DNA of 64,000 bases from Moniliella sp. 'wahieum' (Eukaryota), in contig RSEE01000019.1 of NCBI GenBank assembly GCA_003971905.1, positions 496,001-560,000 on the forward strand. The letters run 5' to 3'. The notes beneath the pieces are model-generated. The model did not search any database. It was not told where the DNA came from and saw only the letters and a list, made by a program, of their open reading frames with translations. The translations under genes and the position numbers were made by a program. Of this stretch, positions 12,833 to 26,487 are shown piece by piece (the first letter of the stretch is position 1; each line of letters starts with the position of its first letter).

Positions 12833-14000
12833 TCACAAGTAGGTTTGGGCGAGGCGCTGTTCAAGGTATTTGTCGGCCACAACGGGCCGTACTTCGGCTT
12901 CTCGCCCGGCGCGACACAGGTAGACAAAACTTCGACGCAAGTGTCTGGGTTGGGGTTGGTGAAAAAGGGAATCGAGTAGCGGCGAGGGGTGTGGGTCGCT
13001 GCGGGGTCGTCCAGCGGAGGCGCCGTGACGCGGTGCACGGTCGAGACCAGCACATTGTTGGACCAACGCGAGAGCAGGTCTCCCACGTTGATCACAATCG
13101 TGCCATCAATCGGCGGGGCATTCACCCACTCACCCGTTTTGGGATCCCGCACTTGCAGTCCCGGCCCACCCTGGATGAGGAGCGTGAGCGACCCATAGTC
13201 GGTATGTGCTCCCGCCCGATTCGTTTCACGAGTGTCCGCATCCACCACCTCCACCTCACTCACAGGAGTGGGAGGGTAATGGAGTAGCCGAAGATTGTGC
13301 CACTCCTTGTCGCACTTTTTGTCAAAGAAGGGGGGTCAAGCCCCAAGCCGACAGCGATGGCACGAAGGACTTCGAGATGGAGCACGTCGAGCGCATGGCG
13401 GAGCTCCAGCATGGTGTTTCGGAACTCGGGGAGTTCTTCGTCGGTAGGCCAAAAGTTGGTAAACTCCGGATCGATCTCCCGTCCAATCTCGAGGCTCTCC
13501 TTGACGTCGGGCGCAGCCTGGCGCAACTTGGCAATCTCTGCCTCGTCCGTTACGTTCGTGACACGTTCCCGTCCGGTCGCCACGTACCCACGATTGGCCC
13601 GGGGAGCTTAAGGGCAAAATGGTCAGCACACGGTCATAGGCACCCGAATGAAGGGAGATGAGGGGAAGAGGAGAGAACATACAGCGCCATGCCAGCCGGT
13701 CTTTGATTTGTTGGTCCAACTCAAAGAACTTGGCAGATAGATCGAAGGCCCGATCAATCAGTTTTGGTCGACACCATGATCAGAAAGTAGGCAAAGCCGA
13801 ATGTTTGAAGGCGTCTGTCAAATCTTTGGCCACTTGAGCCTGTTCCGCCGCATCGGTCGCTTTCAAAAAGCGGGCAAAGGGGATAACGGGGATGAGCGGT
13901 TCACTCTTGGTGGACTGTGCCAGGAAGCTCGTTTTCGAGGCAGAGACGACGAGAGGCGAGAAGTGTGGAGTGGCCGTTGCGGGACGAATGCGAGTGGGGC
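12833..14000 (-). CDS. 2-oxoglutarate/Fe(II)-dependent oxygenase (IPNS/DIOX_N-like); start uncertain
   Basis: N-terminal IPVIPF...AKDLTDAFK and PDVKESLEIG. Metal triad RAGAHTDYGSLTLL and STVHRV, plus the 2OG-binding RYSIPFF. Confidence 0.93.
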
Positions 14001-14982
14001 AAGGCGCTGCTGACAGTGAGTAGCTCGGGCGGGGCAAGGCGAACGAAAAGGGGGATCGGGTGGCCAGTGCATGGGCTGGGGAGTAGCGGCCGGGGTGGAG
14101 CGTGCGATCAAGGGAGCCAGCATGGTCACGGCCGTGGAGTTGGAGGTGGGGAAGATGACCGTTCAGAGTGCAGACGAGAAGGACGGATAACTGAGGGGGC
14201 AACTGTACTCGCGCCAAGCCAGCCAAGCAAGCCGCCACGCAGCCCGCTGGAAGCGCCAGGAACATGGGCGCCAGCGCAGGCCAGCCCCGCCTCGATAACG
14301 GCTCCTGGTCTTGGGCACGGCCTGGCACGGCGCCAGTTGTGCATTATCAGTACCGACCGTCCCGGCTGTACCGCCCCTCCCGTCTTGGCTGATATCTGGT
14401 TGAATAATGTTAGCGTGAACAATTCTGCTGCCGTTTCAACTTGCATACTTCCTGTTCGAGCTGCCGAAATTCCCTCAACTTGAACGTGAGAAGCATGTCC
14501 TTCCCTACTTGCACCGATAACGGACAACCCCACTTCTGCATATGGTGCCTGCCATAGCAAGCCACAGCTAACACCTCCAAGGGGGCGTTGAACGAGGTGA
14601 ACGAGGAGGTTGAAGTGCTAGCGTTTCAACCTTCAACGTTCATGAAGAGTGCCTTGGGGAGCTGTCGTCTACACGCCACAGATGCGAGCACTCTAAAGTA
14701 CGAATGTAAATGTATGAGAGTGCACGAAGACAGGTACTCAGGATGCTGGCATCATTCAAATGGTGCGCTTTAAGGCAGGAAAGTGCTCGCTAGACAGTGG
14801 ACAAGAAACTCAAACAGAAAGAAGCGCCATACCATGGGGCAGGACACCATTTTATCGCAAAACGTGTCTATGACCAAAGTCATCTTCCATCAACTTGAAT
14901 GGTGGCTCTAAAGATGGCCAAGCGAAACAATCACTTGGGCAGTGCAACGGTCGAGAGTGCACGACCAAAGGAGGGTGTCCTA

Positions 14983-16035
14983 TCAAAGCAAAAGAGCACC
15001 CAGAATAGCGCCACCAACAATCCCGCCAACGATTGCCCCATTGTTGTTCTTGCGTACCACCATGGGCTGGCCATTGCCAGAGCGGATGCACTTCAAACGG
15101 GGATCCTGAATCAAGTATACGAATTGGTCGGGCGCCCGGCCGGTTGGTGTGTGGGGGCAGTACAACCACATCCTTACCGTCTGCATCGCGTTGTAGAAAG
15201 ATGGGCCGGCCCGTGCGAGTGACCTCAGCGATGCGCGACTCAAACGGGCCCGAGCCTGAGCGAAAGTCTCCGCCTGCTGGGTTGCCCGGCCTTTGCGCTC
15301 TTTGGAATCCAACCTGCGCTTTGGATCGCCGACCTGAGGCACAGACGACTGTTTCCGCGGTGCGTAACGCATCCTGAGCTTTAATCACCTCTGAAGGCGG
15401 CGAAGCCAAGGAAGTGTCAACCCCCTGACTGTGCATCCGCTGTATGGTATTCTCCCACTTGGTCACCTTCCTTTGCTCAGGGCTGAGCGAAGCAAGATAC
15501 TGTGGATCCAAGTAGGGGTCACCCATGTGCTGCGACCCCCCCGTTGTTGGCATGTTGGTCGACATAAAAAGGATGTCCGCGTTGGGTCGAATTGGCGGAT
15601 CCAACCAGGCGGAAGTGGTCGCTGGTCCTCTCCGGAGCAGGGGAGAAAAAAAGGAGCCGAGCTTGGGGCATTTGGGCGGGGGGCAGTAGCGGTGGCGATG
15701 GGGGAAGATGGGCCTACTGTTGGAGGGGACGTGGGAACTGTGGGCAGGATGGAAGTCTGGTAAGGGCGGCGGGTTACCGTGGGCTGTGGGCTGGATGGAA
15801 GCCTGGTAAGGGCGGTGGGACAGTGCCGGCAACAGCGCTCTGCGAGGAGTGGCACCAAGCGCCTCTTCGTACGAGGGAGGGAGGTCACTGGGCGGGGGGG
15901 GACGTGTGGTGGCGGCAGGGCTGGACCGGAGGTGCCCATGGCGGTGGGGATAGGACAGAGGGTTTGAGCGGGGCAGAGGCGGCTGTGCTCTTGACAGCCA
16001 CCCACCCACCACCTCATGCGATCGCCGTCAGACAT
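14983..16035 (-). CDS. Pro-rich WW-domain protein (Wwm1-like architecture)
   Basis: WW signature LPPGWIRQFDP...STW near 15520-15620, an upstream PPSY motif, and C-terminal GAIVGGIVGGAILGALLL. Confidence 0.65.
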
Positions 16036-16542
16036 CAGGCGTCCGATGACCCTCAGAGGCGTTCGGGCTCATGCAGTGTGCGCCCGGCTAAGCTTTCCGC
16101 CGCCGAGACGCTTGCTTGCGAAGAGTGGATGAGCTCTTGAGTTTTTAGCTTGAGGCCTCTGATTGGGCTCTGACGCTCCCGAATGAGTATCATCACGTGA
16201 TGGGGGCATCCTATCAGCTAGCGATTGTCACGGTCCGCTTAGTAATCACATAATCGTCTCGCCCGACCCTTGCAGGCTACAGCTATCGACTATCCCAGAT
16301 CGATAAGTAGATTTGCAATTTGAAAGGGACACATCGGATACCGTGTATCACATGAGACGTGGGTCATCACATGTCCCATGCCATGATCATGTGATCACCG
16401 ATCATCACTCATCGCTCATCGATCACCCTAGCATCCCCTACCCCAGTGGCCCAGGAGGCATGACGCATTACATAAGCACCCATCGCCCGCTCAGCTCCAC
16501 ATGTGCCCCTCCCTAGACGCGCTGCTCATCGCTCCAGCCGCC

Positions 16543-19539
16543 ATGGACGCTGTAGACGAGAGCACGCTGCTGGCCACCTACCAGCTCTCACTCGCCCGAC
16601 CCCATCCGGTGGGGGAGTGGGACGCAGACAACGGCGACGCGGACCAGGCCGCCAGCTGGGACAATGAGACAGATCCGCTGGGCTTGCTGCCCAAGCTGCC
16701 GTCGTCCAAGCAGTTTGACCCAGCCGTCCGCTCCGCGCTCAGCCTCTACTCCAAGAGCTTCGATCCCAAGGCCTTTCTCACCCATGCGTACCCCGACCTG
16801 ACCTTTGGCGACCTTACCCATGGCCTCGCCCATCTGCGCTCCAACATCGAGCAGCGTTCCGAGGCGCTCAAGGTGCTTGTCCAGGACAACTTCGATCGCT
16901 TTGTCGCTGTCAAGGCGACCAACGACGGTGTGTTCCGCGAGATGAGGGAGCATGCCAACGGCCCTCTTCGCCCCGAGGCCGACTATGGAACCCAATCTGA
17001 GCAAGACTCTCATTTCGGCTTATGCCAAGGCCGACCAGGTCTTCACCCCCGTTTGACCAACAACCTCAAGGCAACTAAGCTGCGCTCCACGCTGGGCGTC
17101 TTTGAACGCTCCAAGTTTTTCTTCAATCTTCCCGCTTCCATCAAGGACAGCGTCGACGCAGGAAAGTATGATGTGGCCCTCAAGGACTACCGCAAGGGCA
17201 AGTACCTCATGTCCACCCGCCCGGGAAAACTCTTGGCGCTGCCTTCCTTGTCAGCCAATGCGGATGCGCCTGATGCGCCCACCCAACCCGGATCGCGCCT
17301 GCAAGCCCAACAGAAGCGTGTGTTTGACAATGTTTGGGGAGCAGTCGAGCGGGTGATGTCTGAGATGGAGCAACGCCTCTTTAGCCAACTTAAGGACCCA
17401 CTTCGCAACATGGACGAGCAAATCAAGACGATCGAGTAAGTAGTGTTCCGATGGAAGAGCTGATAATGGCTAACTCAGACTTGCCCTTGCAGGTTCCTCC
17501 TTGAACTGGAAACCGCCCAAGACCCTGTCCTTGTCTTTCTGGAATCGCAGCGGGCCCATGTCCGCACTCACATTACCAAGACCTACGACCACTGCACCTC
17601 CAAGATCGACGCGACTCGGGCTGAAATGGCAGGCGACCGGGTCCGCGGCAACGATGTCAAGACACGGGGCCAAGACCTGGCAGCCTGTCTCCGCGAGCTG
17701 CGGAGCGCAGAGCCGAAGTTTGAACGCCGTCTGGGCGGGGCGGCGTGGGTAGAAATCCAGCACTTTGTACGGGCCATGTGCAATGTTCTGCTCCGCCACC
17801 TGCCTGCGGCGGCACGGGTGCTGAAACAATACACTTCGGGCACCTTTTTCCAACGCGGTTCAACCTCCACAGGTGTCAATGCGCGTGTCGCCGCCCAGGG
17901 GTGGCGTGGCAGAAGGAATCCGTCTCCGAGTTTTGCTCACTGATGTCGCACTTTTTCGTGCTGTCGGATGTTGTTCCTCCCGAAGGTTCTTCTATGGGGC
18001 CGCTGCCCGATTGGGTTCCAGAGGGCGGATCGTGTTTTACTGCTGGGGTTTTTATGCGCTCCACGCTGGATGAGCTGGACGAAACAGTCACGGAATTGGA
18101 AACCATCGTTCCTTCCGAGGGGGGTGGAGAGCAGCTAAGCAACCTGCTGCGTAACATGCGTTTCCGCTTTACGGATGCCATCTGCACGTTGTATCTCAAT
18201 GATGCACGCATTCTCCACCGTATGGAGGATTGGACACCCGATAACCAGCCCACGGCAGCCGAAGCAGGCACCACAATGTACATGCGCGATTTGGCTTCCG
18301 CACATCGCACCGCTGCCCGACTTGCCGTGATGGTAGCCGGCGGGAAGGAGATGGCGAGTGGGGGTTCGAGCAAGTCAGTCACCACGGAGCGCGCGCTGCG
18401 GATTCGGGCTGCGTTTACGGATGCCATGCGTGCCTCCTTGGATGGGATCAAACTCATCACAACAGAGCAGTACGATCCGTCCGATTCGGAGGTCGGAATT
18501 ACCTCTCGTGCCGTGCCTGGGTCGGCGGTGACGATCGATGTGAGCTCGGCGGACACGCGTCTACTATTATCGGTACTGAACGTGCAATACGTCAAGGAGC
18601 GCCTTTTGCCTGCCCTCCTTGCCGAGGTGGGAGCTGCGCTGCCGGTGAGCTTGAGCGAGACGGGGCGAACGCTTCGCTCGCGTGCATCAGCAGTGGACTC
18701 GTTCTTGTTTGAGCAGTACGTAAATAACGTGGGTGCTCCGATTTCACCCTCATGCGCGACGGGATTCTCATTCGGACTTGGACTGGTGTGCGATTCCGCC
18801 ACCCAAGGGAGTGCGTCCCTACATCTACGATGCTTTGCTCGCCATGGTCGAGGTCCACGCCCATGTCCGTACCGTCACTGCCGCCGGTACGCGGTCCGGA
18901 ACAGTGACCGAGCCAGCGCCATCCCAAGGTCTGGTAGAACGCACGTTGGCCGCGTTGACTGACAGCCTGGTCAGCGCCACCTTGGCTGCATTCCAACAGA
19001 TCCCCGCCTTTGGCATGGGGGGCATGTTGCAGGCCACGTTGGAGATCGAGTTTCTGCACCAGACCATGGGTGCGTGCGTGACGGCGACCGCGGAGGCCAA
19101 GCTGAAGCAACTGTATGATATGATCAGCGAGCGGTATCGGCGCAAATCGCCCGACGAACAAGCCAAGCTCCAAACCGAGTTGGCCACCGTTCGACGCACA
19201 CTGGTCGCCTCTCGCAAAACCACCGCGCTCCAGTTCCTCTGTTTCCGTCGCTCCCGTACGAGCGGCGAGAGCAAGAGCAGCAGTGCTCGCCATGCTACCC
19301 GCTCTACCTCGCGCACCGTCTCGGAAACTGGCAAGGTGCGACCGAGAGAATCCGAGCGCGACCGTCCGTCCACCAGCACCAGCCTTTCCTCCCGCCCTTC
19401 CGGGGCTGAGGCAGAGGAGCGCCCCCGTCCTCGCCCGCCCCGCCCCGCCCCCCTGCGCGCAGCCGCTCTCGCACAGACCATCTCGATGTATAGCCAAGCG
19501 GATCCCCCCTCTTGGCTGCCAGTGCTGTCCCTTTTCTGA
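16543..19539 (+). CDS. SEC5: Exocyst complex component Sec5; 3' end approximate
   Basis: Motifs SKSFDPKAFL, RSEALKVLVQDNFDRFVAVK, VFERSKFFFNLP, DYRKGKYL, VRPYIYDALLAMVEVHA and FGMGGMLQATLEIEFLHQT. Intron at about 17436-17492 (GTAAGT...GCTAAC...CAG). Confidence 0.93.
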
Positions 19540-19823
19540 ACTGATTGGACTTGTCGTAATCATACATGTGGGGCTGGAGGCGATAGTCTGGCTGGAGGAC
19601 CTACAGTCGCCTCCCAGATCCTTAGGGGGGTATGGAGGATGGAAAGACTACCGCAGAACACCCGAATCCCTGGTCCCGTCACAGGCCAAGGCCAAATCGT
19701 GTGCATTAGCATGATGCCCGTTTTGGCAAAGGTTTAAAGGAGAAGCGACCAACACGCCTCTCGCTTTTTATGGTGATGACATCTGGAGTCCTGATGGTCC
19801 TCGAGAGTGATGCAATCGAGCTA

Positions 19824-19846
19824 GTGGTGGTGGTGGTGGTGGTGGT
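19824..19846. repeat. (GTG)n microsatellite
   Basis: gtggtggtggtggtggtggtggt read directly. Confidence 0.9.
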
Positions 19847-20401
19847 CTAAGTCAACCAACCACGCATACAAATGCAGGCGGAGCGCTTCTCCACCAGATG
19901 CTCTGCGCCCTAGTGAGAGTTTGGTTTGGACCCGAGAGGGAAAAGGGCTGGAGATCTCGAGAAGGGCGAGATCGATGGAGGGCCGGCGTTAGTCAACAAG
20001 AACAACATTGCTTTTTCAATGTTACAGCGCAACGCCATGTCAGATCGCTCAAATGACGTAGCTGCAGCGTGGAAGTGTCGATTTGGCATCCCAGCCCATT
20101 CGGGTGCTTCGTTGAGAGGGCGAGCGCGGGGGCAGTGTAATGCTGTCCACGCGCAACCACAGCACAGCCGACCAGAGCGCCGCCGTGCTGGGCAAGCGAC
20201 AACCCTAGCGGTGCACGCCGTTGGGTGGGCGCCGCCGCTCCTCCCCGGCGACTCGGGAGCAGCTGAGAGGCCGAGGCCCAGAACAAGGGCCAGTTTGGCG
20301 CAGCGCACTTCCCTTCTCCCTTGCCACCACCACCTCCACCGTTGCTTGGACACTCCCACGTGTGTAGTCTCCCACTGCTCTCCTTGCTGCATCCGAGCTA
20401 A

Positions 20402-20871
<470 letters not shown>

Positions 20872-21123
20872 GCCTTGCTCACCGCACAATTGCATATTCC
20901 CCACATATGAGCCGGACTAGTAACACTGTAGATTCATACCGCAACAACAGGCCTTATCGTTGAGGCCCAGGTGAGCCAAGAGCGGCTCACTCTTTGACCG
21001 TATTGGTCGCTTTTGCTAGGTGATTGCCTCGGTCGATCGGGCTTGCAGTGTAGCACAGAGGTGACCATGTTATACGTAAGCTCCGCGTCACTTGTCGGGA
21101 CGACGCTAGTTGAATCATGAGGC

Positions 21124-22098
21124 ATGGTCGATGACCCTCTATCATTTTATCAGGGCTCGCGCATCTCATCTTCTAACCATATCTTCAGTCCTCATCTATG
21201 CTCATCTTTCTCTCCGCCTTTCCCTACCGCCCATCCCGCTTGCGGCTCTTCGTACGTCTACTCACCGACGTATCCGTTGCTCTCCTATCCGCCCTTAGCG
21301 GTGAGTCTGAAAGATGAAATGAGTGTGGGCGGGGAAAGGCCCAGGGCACCGTTGACTTTGAAGATGAGTTTCGTTTCTCCAACAAAGGAAGAAGAGACGA
21401 GCGGGACGAACTTGGCCTTCAGTAACTTGCTTGTACCTCGTTTCCTCAAACCAGAGGATGCATGTGCCACAAGGCATCACTGTAGTATAGGCACTACTCT
21501 TTGTTTTTCTTCTTGGGCATGGCGAGATTATTGTAATGCACCGCCGTGCGTAACCCTTCTTGGCTCTACTGGCCATAAAAAATGGCAACTCCGACTCTGC
21601 TCCTGGGTCAGACTCATTACGTCTGTACGATGTGCAAATCCATGCCGGTCCTCGACCCTCCTAACCTCCAGAATGCGTAAATGGAATGGAAGCAAATGCC
21701 TCGACTCCAAAAATTCATATTTTTTGCACTCACAACTCACACCTTTCGCCTTGGAATTGTACGGCTTGCGTCTATATCATTTCACCGGGTGTCCATCCCT
21801 CCTCTTTATAGATGCACACATGCGTCTCGAAACTGTTTTTCGAAACCTTGGAACCCTCGCAGCCAGGTCCAATAAAGTATACAAGAAACACTGGCGTGAA
21901 CATAGGAGGATCGCGAGTAGTGCTTTGCTAGTCGTCCGGCAGAGCCAGGTAGCATCTGAGAATGAGGTTGCAGCATGGCTAATCGAAATTTCTTGCGCAC
22001 AATCTTGCACAGCCTTGCCCACCTTGAATTTGTACGTAGTCCTCACATATCTATCCGGAACCTTGTTACCAGCATTTTCGATTAGCTATGAGGTTTAG
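21124..22098 (+). CDS. Hypothetical protein (orphan)
   Basis: 324-codon open frame with a possible intron near 21252-21298 (GTACGT...CTCAC...TAG). No recognisable motif. Confidence 0.35.
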   Translation: MVDDPLSFYQGSRISSSNHIFSPHLCSSFSPPFPTAHPACGSSYVYSPTYPLLSYPPLAVSLKDEMSVGGERPRAPLTLKMSFVSPTKEEETSGTNLAFSNLLVPRFLKPEDACATRHHCSIGTTLCFSSWAWRDYCNAPPCVTLLGSTGHKKWQLRLCSWVRLITSVRCANPCRSSTLLTSRMRKWNGSKCLDSKNSYFLHSQLTPFALELYGLRLYHFTGCPSLLFIDAHMRLETVFRNLGTLAARSNKVYKKHWREHRRIASSALLVVRQSQVASENEVAAWLIEISCAQSCTALPTLNLYVVLTYLSGTLLPAFSISYEV

Positions 22099-22099
22099 A

Positions 22100-24520
22100 G
22101 GGGCCCGACGTAAAAGCGGGGAACTCGGATGGGCGAGAAAGGGTGAGCGAGTTGATTGAAAAGGCGGTTTTTCTAGAGTGGAGTTCCAGGAAGAAGGAGA
22201 AGCAAGAAGATGGTGGGCAGGGATCGTCAGCGGTTACTGTGCCCGTGATCGAGATCATCATCATTTCCTTTATTCAGGATACACCTCGCGCATGAGCCTA
22301 GCAAAAGCTTGTTGCTGAAGGCGATGTGCAGCCTCATGGTTGGAGCTCCACATCTTGTTGGAAAAGATTAGCTTCTCCATGGAATCACGGCCCTGTACTC
22401 TCTGAACCGTGAGATTGACCTCCCTCAGCTCACGGTAAAGGTATTGAACACCCCTGCCTAATAGATACTGTGCATCATTGTAATGAGCTCTCTGGTTAGC
22501 GTCCTCAGTATATGATAGATCCATAATGATGGGCTAGACGTACTCGTTTGATACGAAGCAGGGCGTTAAAGTTCTCAAAGCCCTGCCAATCTCTTGTGGG
22601 TCTGATGGTATTGAAAGCTTCCTCTAGGTGAGCGAGTACAGTATTTGCCTTGATGTATACCCGTTATTGAAGGGAGCCTTGCGTTCCTTCCTGGCCATAT
22701 GAAGCCGTGGATGGGGAGTTTCTTCAGGGGGAACATTGTTGCCACGGTTTGAGGCAATGGATGGGTTGCGAACACGGTGGCCAGACTGCTCCATGGGCAC
22801 CGCATGTGGACGTGTTGGAGGTGTTCTGTGCCCATCTCTGGGACGTAGAGGCAGCATAGAGGGCGCAGGATTGGCAGTATGCCGGTTTCCGACTTGGGGC
22901 CTGGTGCGCTCCCGACTGCCAATTCCACGAGCTTGGGGTTGGATATTGTCGGGATAGCGTCTATCCCGTGCATATGCATAAGGGGAGGTACGGGTGGTAC
23001 CTATATGGTGAGTACGCCGTCCGTTGTCGCGGGTGCGTGTCTGGTTGGTAGGCCGCCCACGTACAGGAACATCCTCACCATGAGGATCATCACTTGAAGG
23101 TAGGTGCCTGTCTTGGCCCTTACGGGGCCCGGAGTATTTAACATTGCACGGCGGTGACGGGGTAGCAGTTGGTCATGAGGTTCTTCTTGGCCCGTACGCC
23201 CATCACGGATAGTCGGTCTACCCTCACTCCTACCCTCATCGTCGGTCTCATGATGGGCTAGAGGACAAAGTGTCAGTCACGATAATGCATCTTATGATTA
23301 AGCAGAAATGATACAAAGTGAATGTTAGCTTACCTTCATGTAATTGTTGACGTGCTGGTCTATCAACGACTGGATCCACGGGCGCCTCCCTCCATGGAAC
23401 AGCAACGACCTCTTCTCTTCTCTTGTCATCCTCCCTCCGTGGAACAGCAACGACCTCTTCTTCTTCGTCATTCGTGTGTCCATCATCTTCATGAACAGGC
23501 ATCCTGGGCCTCCGCTCACGAGTGGAGTACGTGACACCCGACGCTCAAGAAGGAGCTGATGATAATGTTCATTTGGCGCTCCATACCGGCCACGCTCCAG
23601 AACTTGTAGAATTCCAAAAACAGCTTTTTCTTTGCCCCTTCCATGGCAGCTCGCGTGACATCACTCGTGTTGCGAGATTGCACAAAGCGAGGCCCCGCAT
23701 AATTAGTGGTACGGCTCCATTTTCTCTTGCGCGCATGAGATCTTGCCTGAGGCGGTAACGAGCCTCCTCAAAATACGTGTAGTCCATCACGTCAAGGACA
23801 CGGTCGTAAACGTCATTGTCGTTGGTCTCGTCATATTGAATTGGTTCCGGGTCTCCTGGAAGGTGGATGATGAAACCAAATTCCAGCATGATCTGAACGA
23901 AAGCACGAAGCTTGGCCGTTCCGGAAGGCCGGCGACTCTCATCGAGGGAAGTGCGGTTAAGCCCTTTTACTCTTTCTTTCACAACCACGCGATTTTTCAG
24001 CGTTCTGGTCAAGAGGTGCATCAACTTGAATGCTAAGTGCATATGACTACCGGTAGCACGATCCAAGGGTTGAACAGGATTGTTTGCGGTACATTGACGA
24101 GTAATGGCATTGTCTGCAAGAGGTTGGTCATAGATGTAATCATCAAAGGTTTGGGTCCGCTCTAGGGCCTCACGCCCTGTAGGTGGGCGATAGCAGTGTG
24201 TGCAAGTTGTGGCGCTGGTTGGGAAGTTGAGAAGAACGAGCGAGGGCCCTATGTCGGATCAATGTACGCGCGAGACAACATCGCCTTTACAGCGGAACAC
24301 CCACATGGGCGTAGCCTCTGCGGTCAGAGTGGCCCACAGATCCCTCCGGTCGGGTTTTTGGATGTGTAGCGGAACCCCACTTCTAAAATGTTCTCTGGCA
24401 GTTTTCCTTGGTGCAGTGACGGGAGCCTTGGCAGAAGTAACAATCACAAAGCCCAAAGGCGCTGAGCGCTCACTGGATGGACCGGACCTCTGCTCGAGTG
24501 GATAACGGGCCATCGTGTTG
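22100..24520 (-). CDS. Hypothetical spliced protein (orphan); boundaries uncertain
   Basis: Chain of protein-like minus-strand segments (23569-24066, 23248-23502, 22270-22524) with a canonical intron at about 23259-23333 (GTAAGC...CTGAC...TAG). Confidence 0.5.
23385..23461. repeat. About 31-bp direct repeat, two copies, inside the orphan gene
   Basis: cctccctcc(a/g)tggaacagcaacgacctcttct occurs twice and encodes EEVVAVP(R/W)RE on the minus strand. Confidence 0.85.
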
Positions 24521-26487
24521 ATGAGACGACGATATGATCTGGCGGGTCCTGATGCCCCTCCGATGGAATTGCAACAGTGTGGTGTGGTGGTAGCGGGGTT
24601 TAGAGAGAAAGCCAAGTAACAACGCCTATCGTGACATTTCCTTGATCCAGCCACCAGAGAGGTTGCTCCTGCGGATGTGACTGGGTATTATAGAACTTGG
24701 GTGGGCAAAGGCTTCGCCCCTGAGGCCTGACAATTAATAACAGAAGACCTTAGAGCTGGTCCACCTTATACTCGGACCGCCCAGAGTAGCTCAAACGTAG
24801 AAGGTAGGACTCCCACCCCCTGCAGTGGTGGCTGTTGAGCCACTGGGTGGCTCGTGCGTTGGTCAACGTCCCTTCAGTTCCTCCTCAGATCTAGGTGTTT
24901 CCGTTTGTCGTCTCTTCTCGGCTGTTTTTCCTTTTTTCCGCAGCTTTTAGCCCCTGGTGGGCGACTCGCTGCTTGGTGCACGATGTTCCTCTGTAGGTGT
25001 TCTTGTTGGCTTAGACCACCACCTCCACCAGTGATTGCATCGCCCTCGAGGACCATCAGCTCCAGAGGCCTCATTCAGTGGGCGGCGGCGGCAGGGGGGC
25101 TCTGGTTAGATGTGGCTGCGTAAGCACTTCTATGTGCACTAAAACGAAAAGATGAAGTAAGGCATCTTAAGAGAAGCGGAGGAACCCAAGGATTGGGTGT
25201 AGACCTCTGGAATGCAGAGCAATGCATGGCGGTGGTGGTGGTTAAACGTTAAACGTTAAGGGATAAGGTCTAAGCTCTAAGCTTTTATATACCTCACCTA
25301 GAGGAGACAGGGGGTTTGAACAAGCCGGAGTATACAATGAGGCTTCGGAGGTCGAAAATAAGGGGCAAGGATGATAATCGAGATAAGGCGCCTTGGCCTA
25401 TGTACGGGACCGCGGGTCCCAACAGTATCAACACACGGCGCAACCCTCCCTCACACTGACGCGGCCGTGGTGGTCCTCTGGGTGTCCAAGAAGCGATCGG
25501 ACTGTGGGCAACGAAGCCTGTTGGATGCAACATGTTGGGGACTACCCGACTTGTTAATAGCAACAGACTTCATGTTGAGATGTGTGAGAAGCTGTATAGG
25601 GAGATGGGAATGGGACTGGAATGGGCTGGAATGGCACGTTGCCTTTAAGCCAGCCTCCACATAACACCTGCAACCCTTTTAACGAGCGCTCAGATAGATG
25701 GATTGATGGTGATGCGTGTTTTTGTCAGGGGCTGGAGGGATCTCGATCCGGTTGATCAAGCAAGTTGGGGCACGTGCCCTGCATGGCGATATGCGTGCGT
25801 GGCCAGCGACCGGTGACCAGGTGACTAGTGACGCATCGCGAAACTGCCAGCAGCGCAGTGCACCACTCCCACACAGCCACCGCGCGCTGCTTCAGCTTCA
25901 CCCTTCGCCCAGCCAGCTTTTCACCCCCCGCCCAATTGCAACTACTCGCCAGCAGCTTCTTACCACCGTCGATCCATTATCAGCCCGTTGTCAACGCGTC
26001 CGGCCTCAGGCCTCATGCCTGGAACCAGGCCCCAGCCCCATCATTTCGCCATCACAGGCCCCAGCCCTAGGGCCTCACACTGGCTTTCGCGTCGCGCGGC
26101 GCCACAGTTGTTATAATCGTCGGCCCGTCTTTGTTTGGGTCTGCCTTCGTGCCCCATTCCTCCCCCTCTGTCTCCTATCCACAGTTTGCACGACCCCACG
26201 GGTAGTCGACCCTCAGTCCTCATGCCTCTGATCGAACGCAGTACCCCTCTCTGGTCACGATGACCTCGATGACCTTGATGGTGCCACAAGAGAAAGCCGT
26301 CAGATCTCAGATCGCACAGCAGACGCGTCTGTCTCACCCGAGGCGAAGTTTGCTCCAGGAAGCATCGAACGGCTGCAGTATATCATCTATCATCCCCCTC
26401 TCATATTTCCCTGTCCTGCTATCTTTCGACCTTTCTCATTCTCCCTCCTATCCTTTCTCCCGACCTTTTTGCTCCATTCGCGCTGCC

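Noticed and set aside
19770..19815. Box C/D snoRNA (GTGATGA...CTGA)
   Set aside because: The boxes are too close together, with no terminal stem or recognisable guide sequence.
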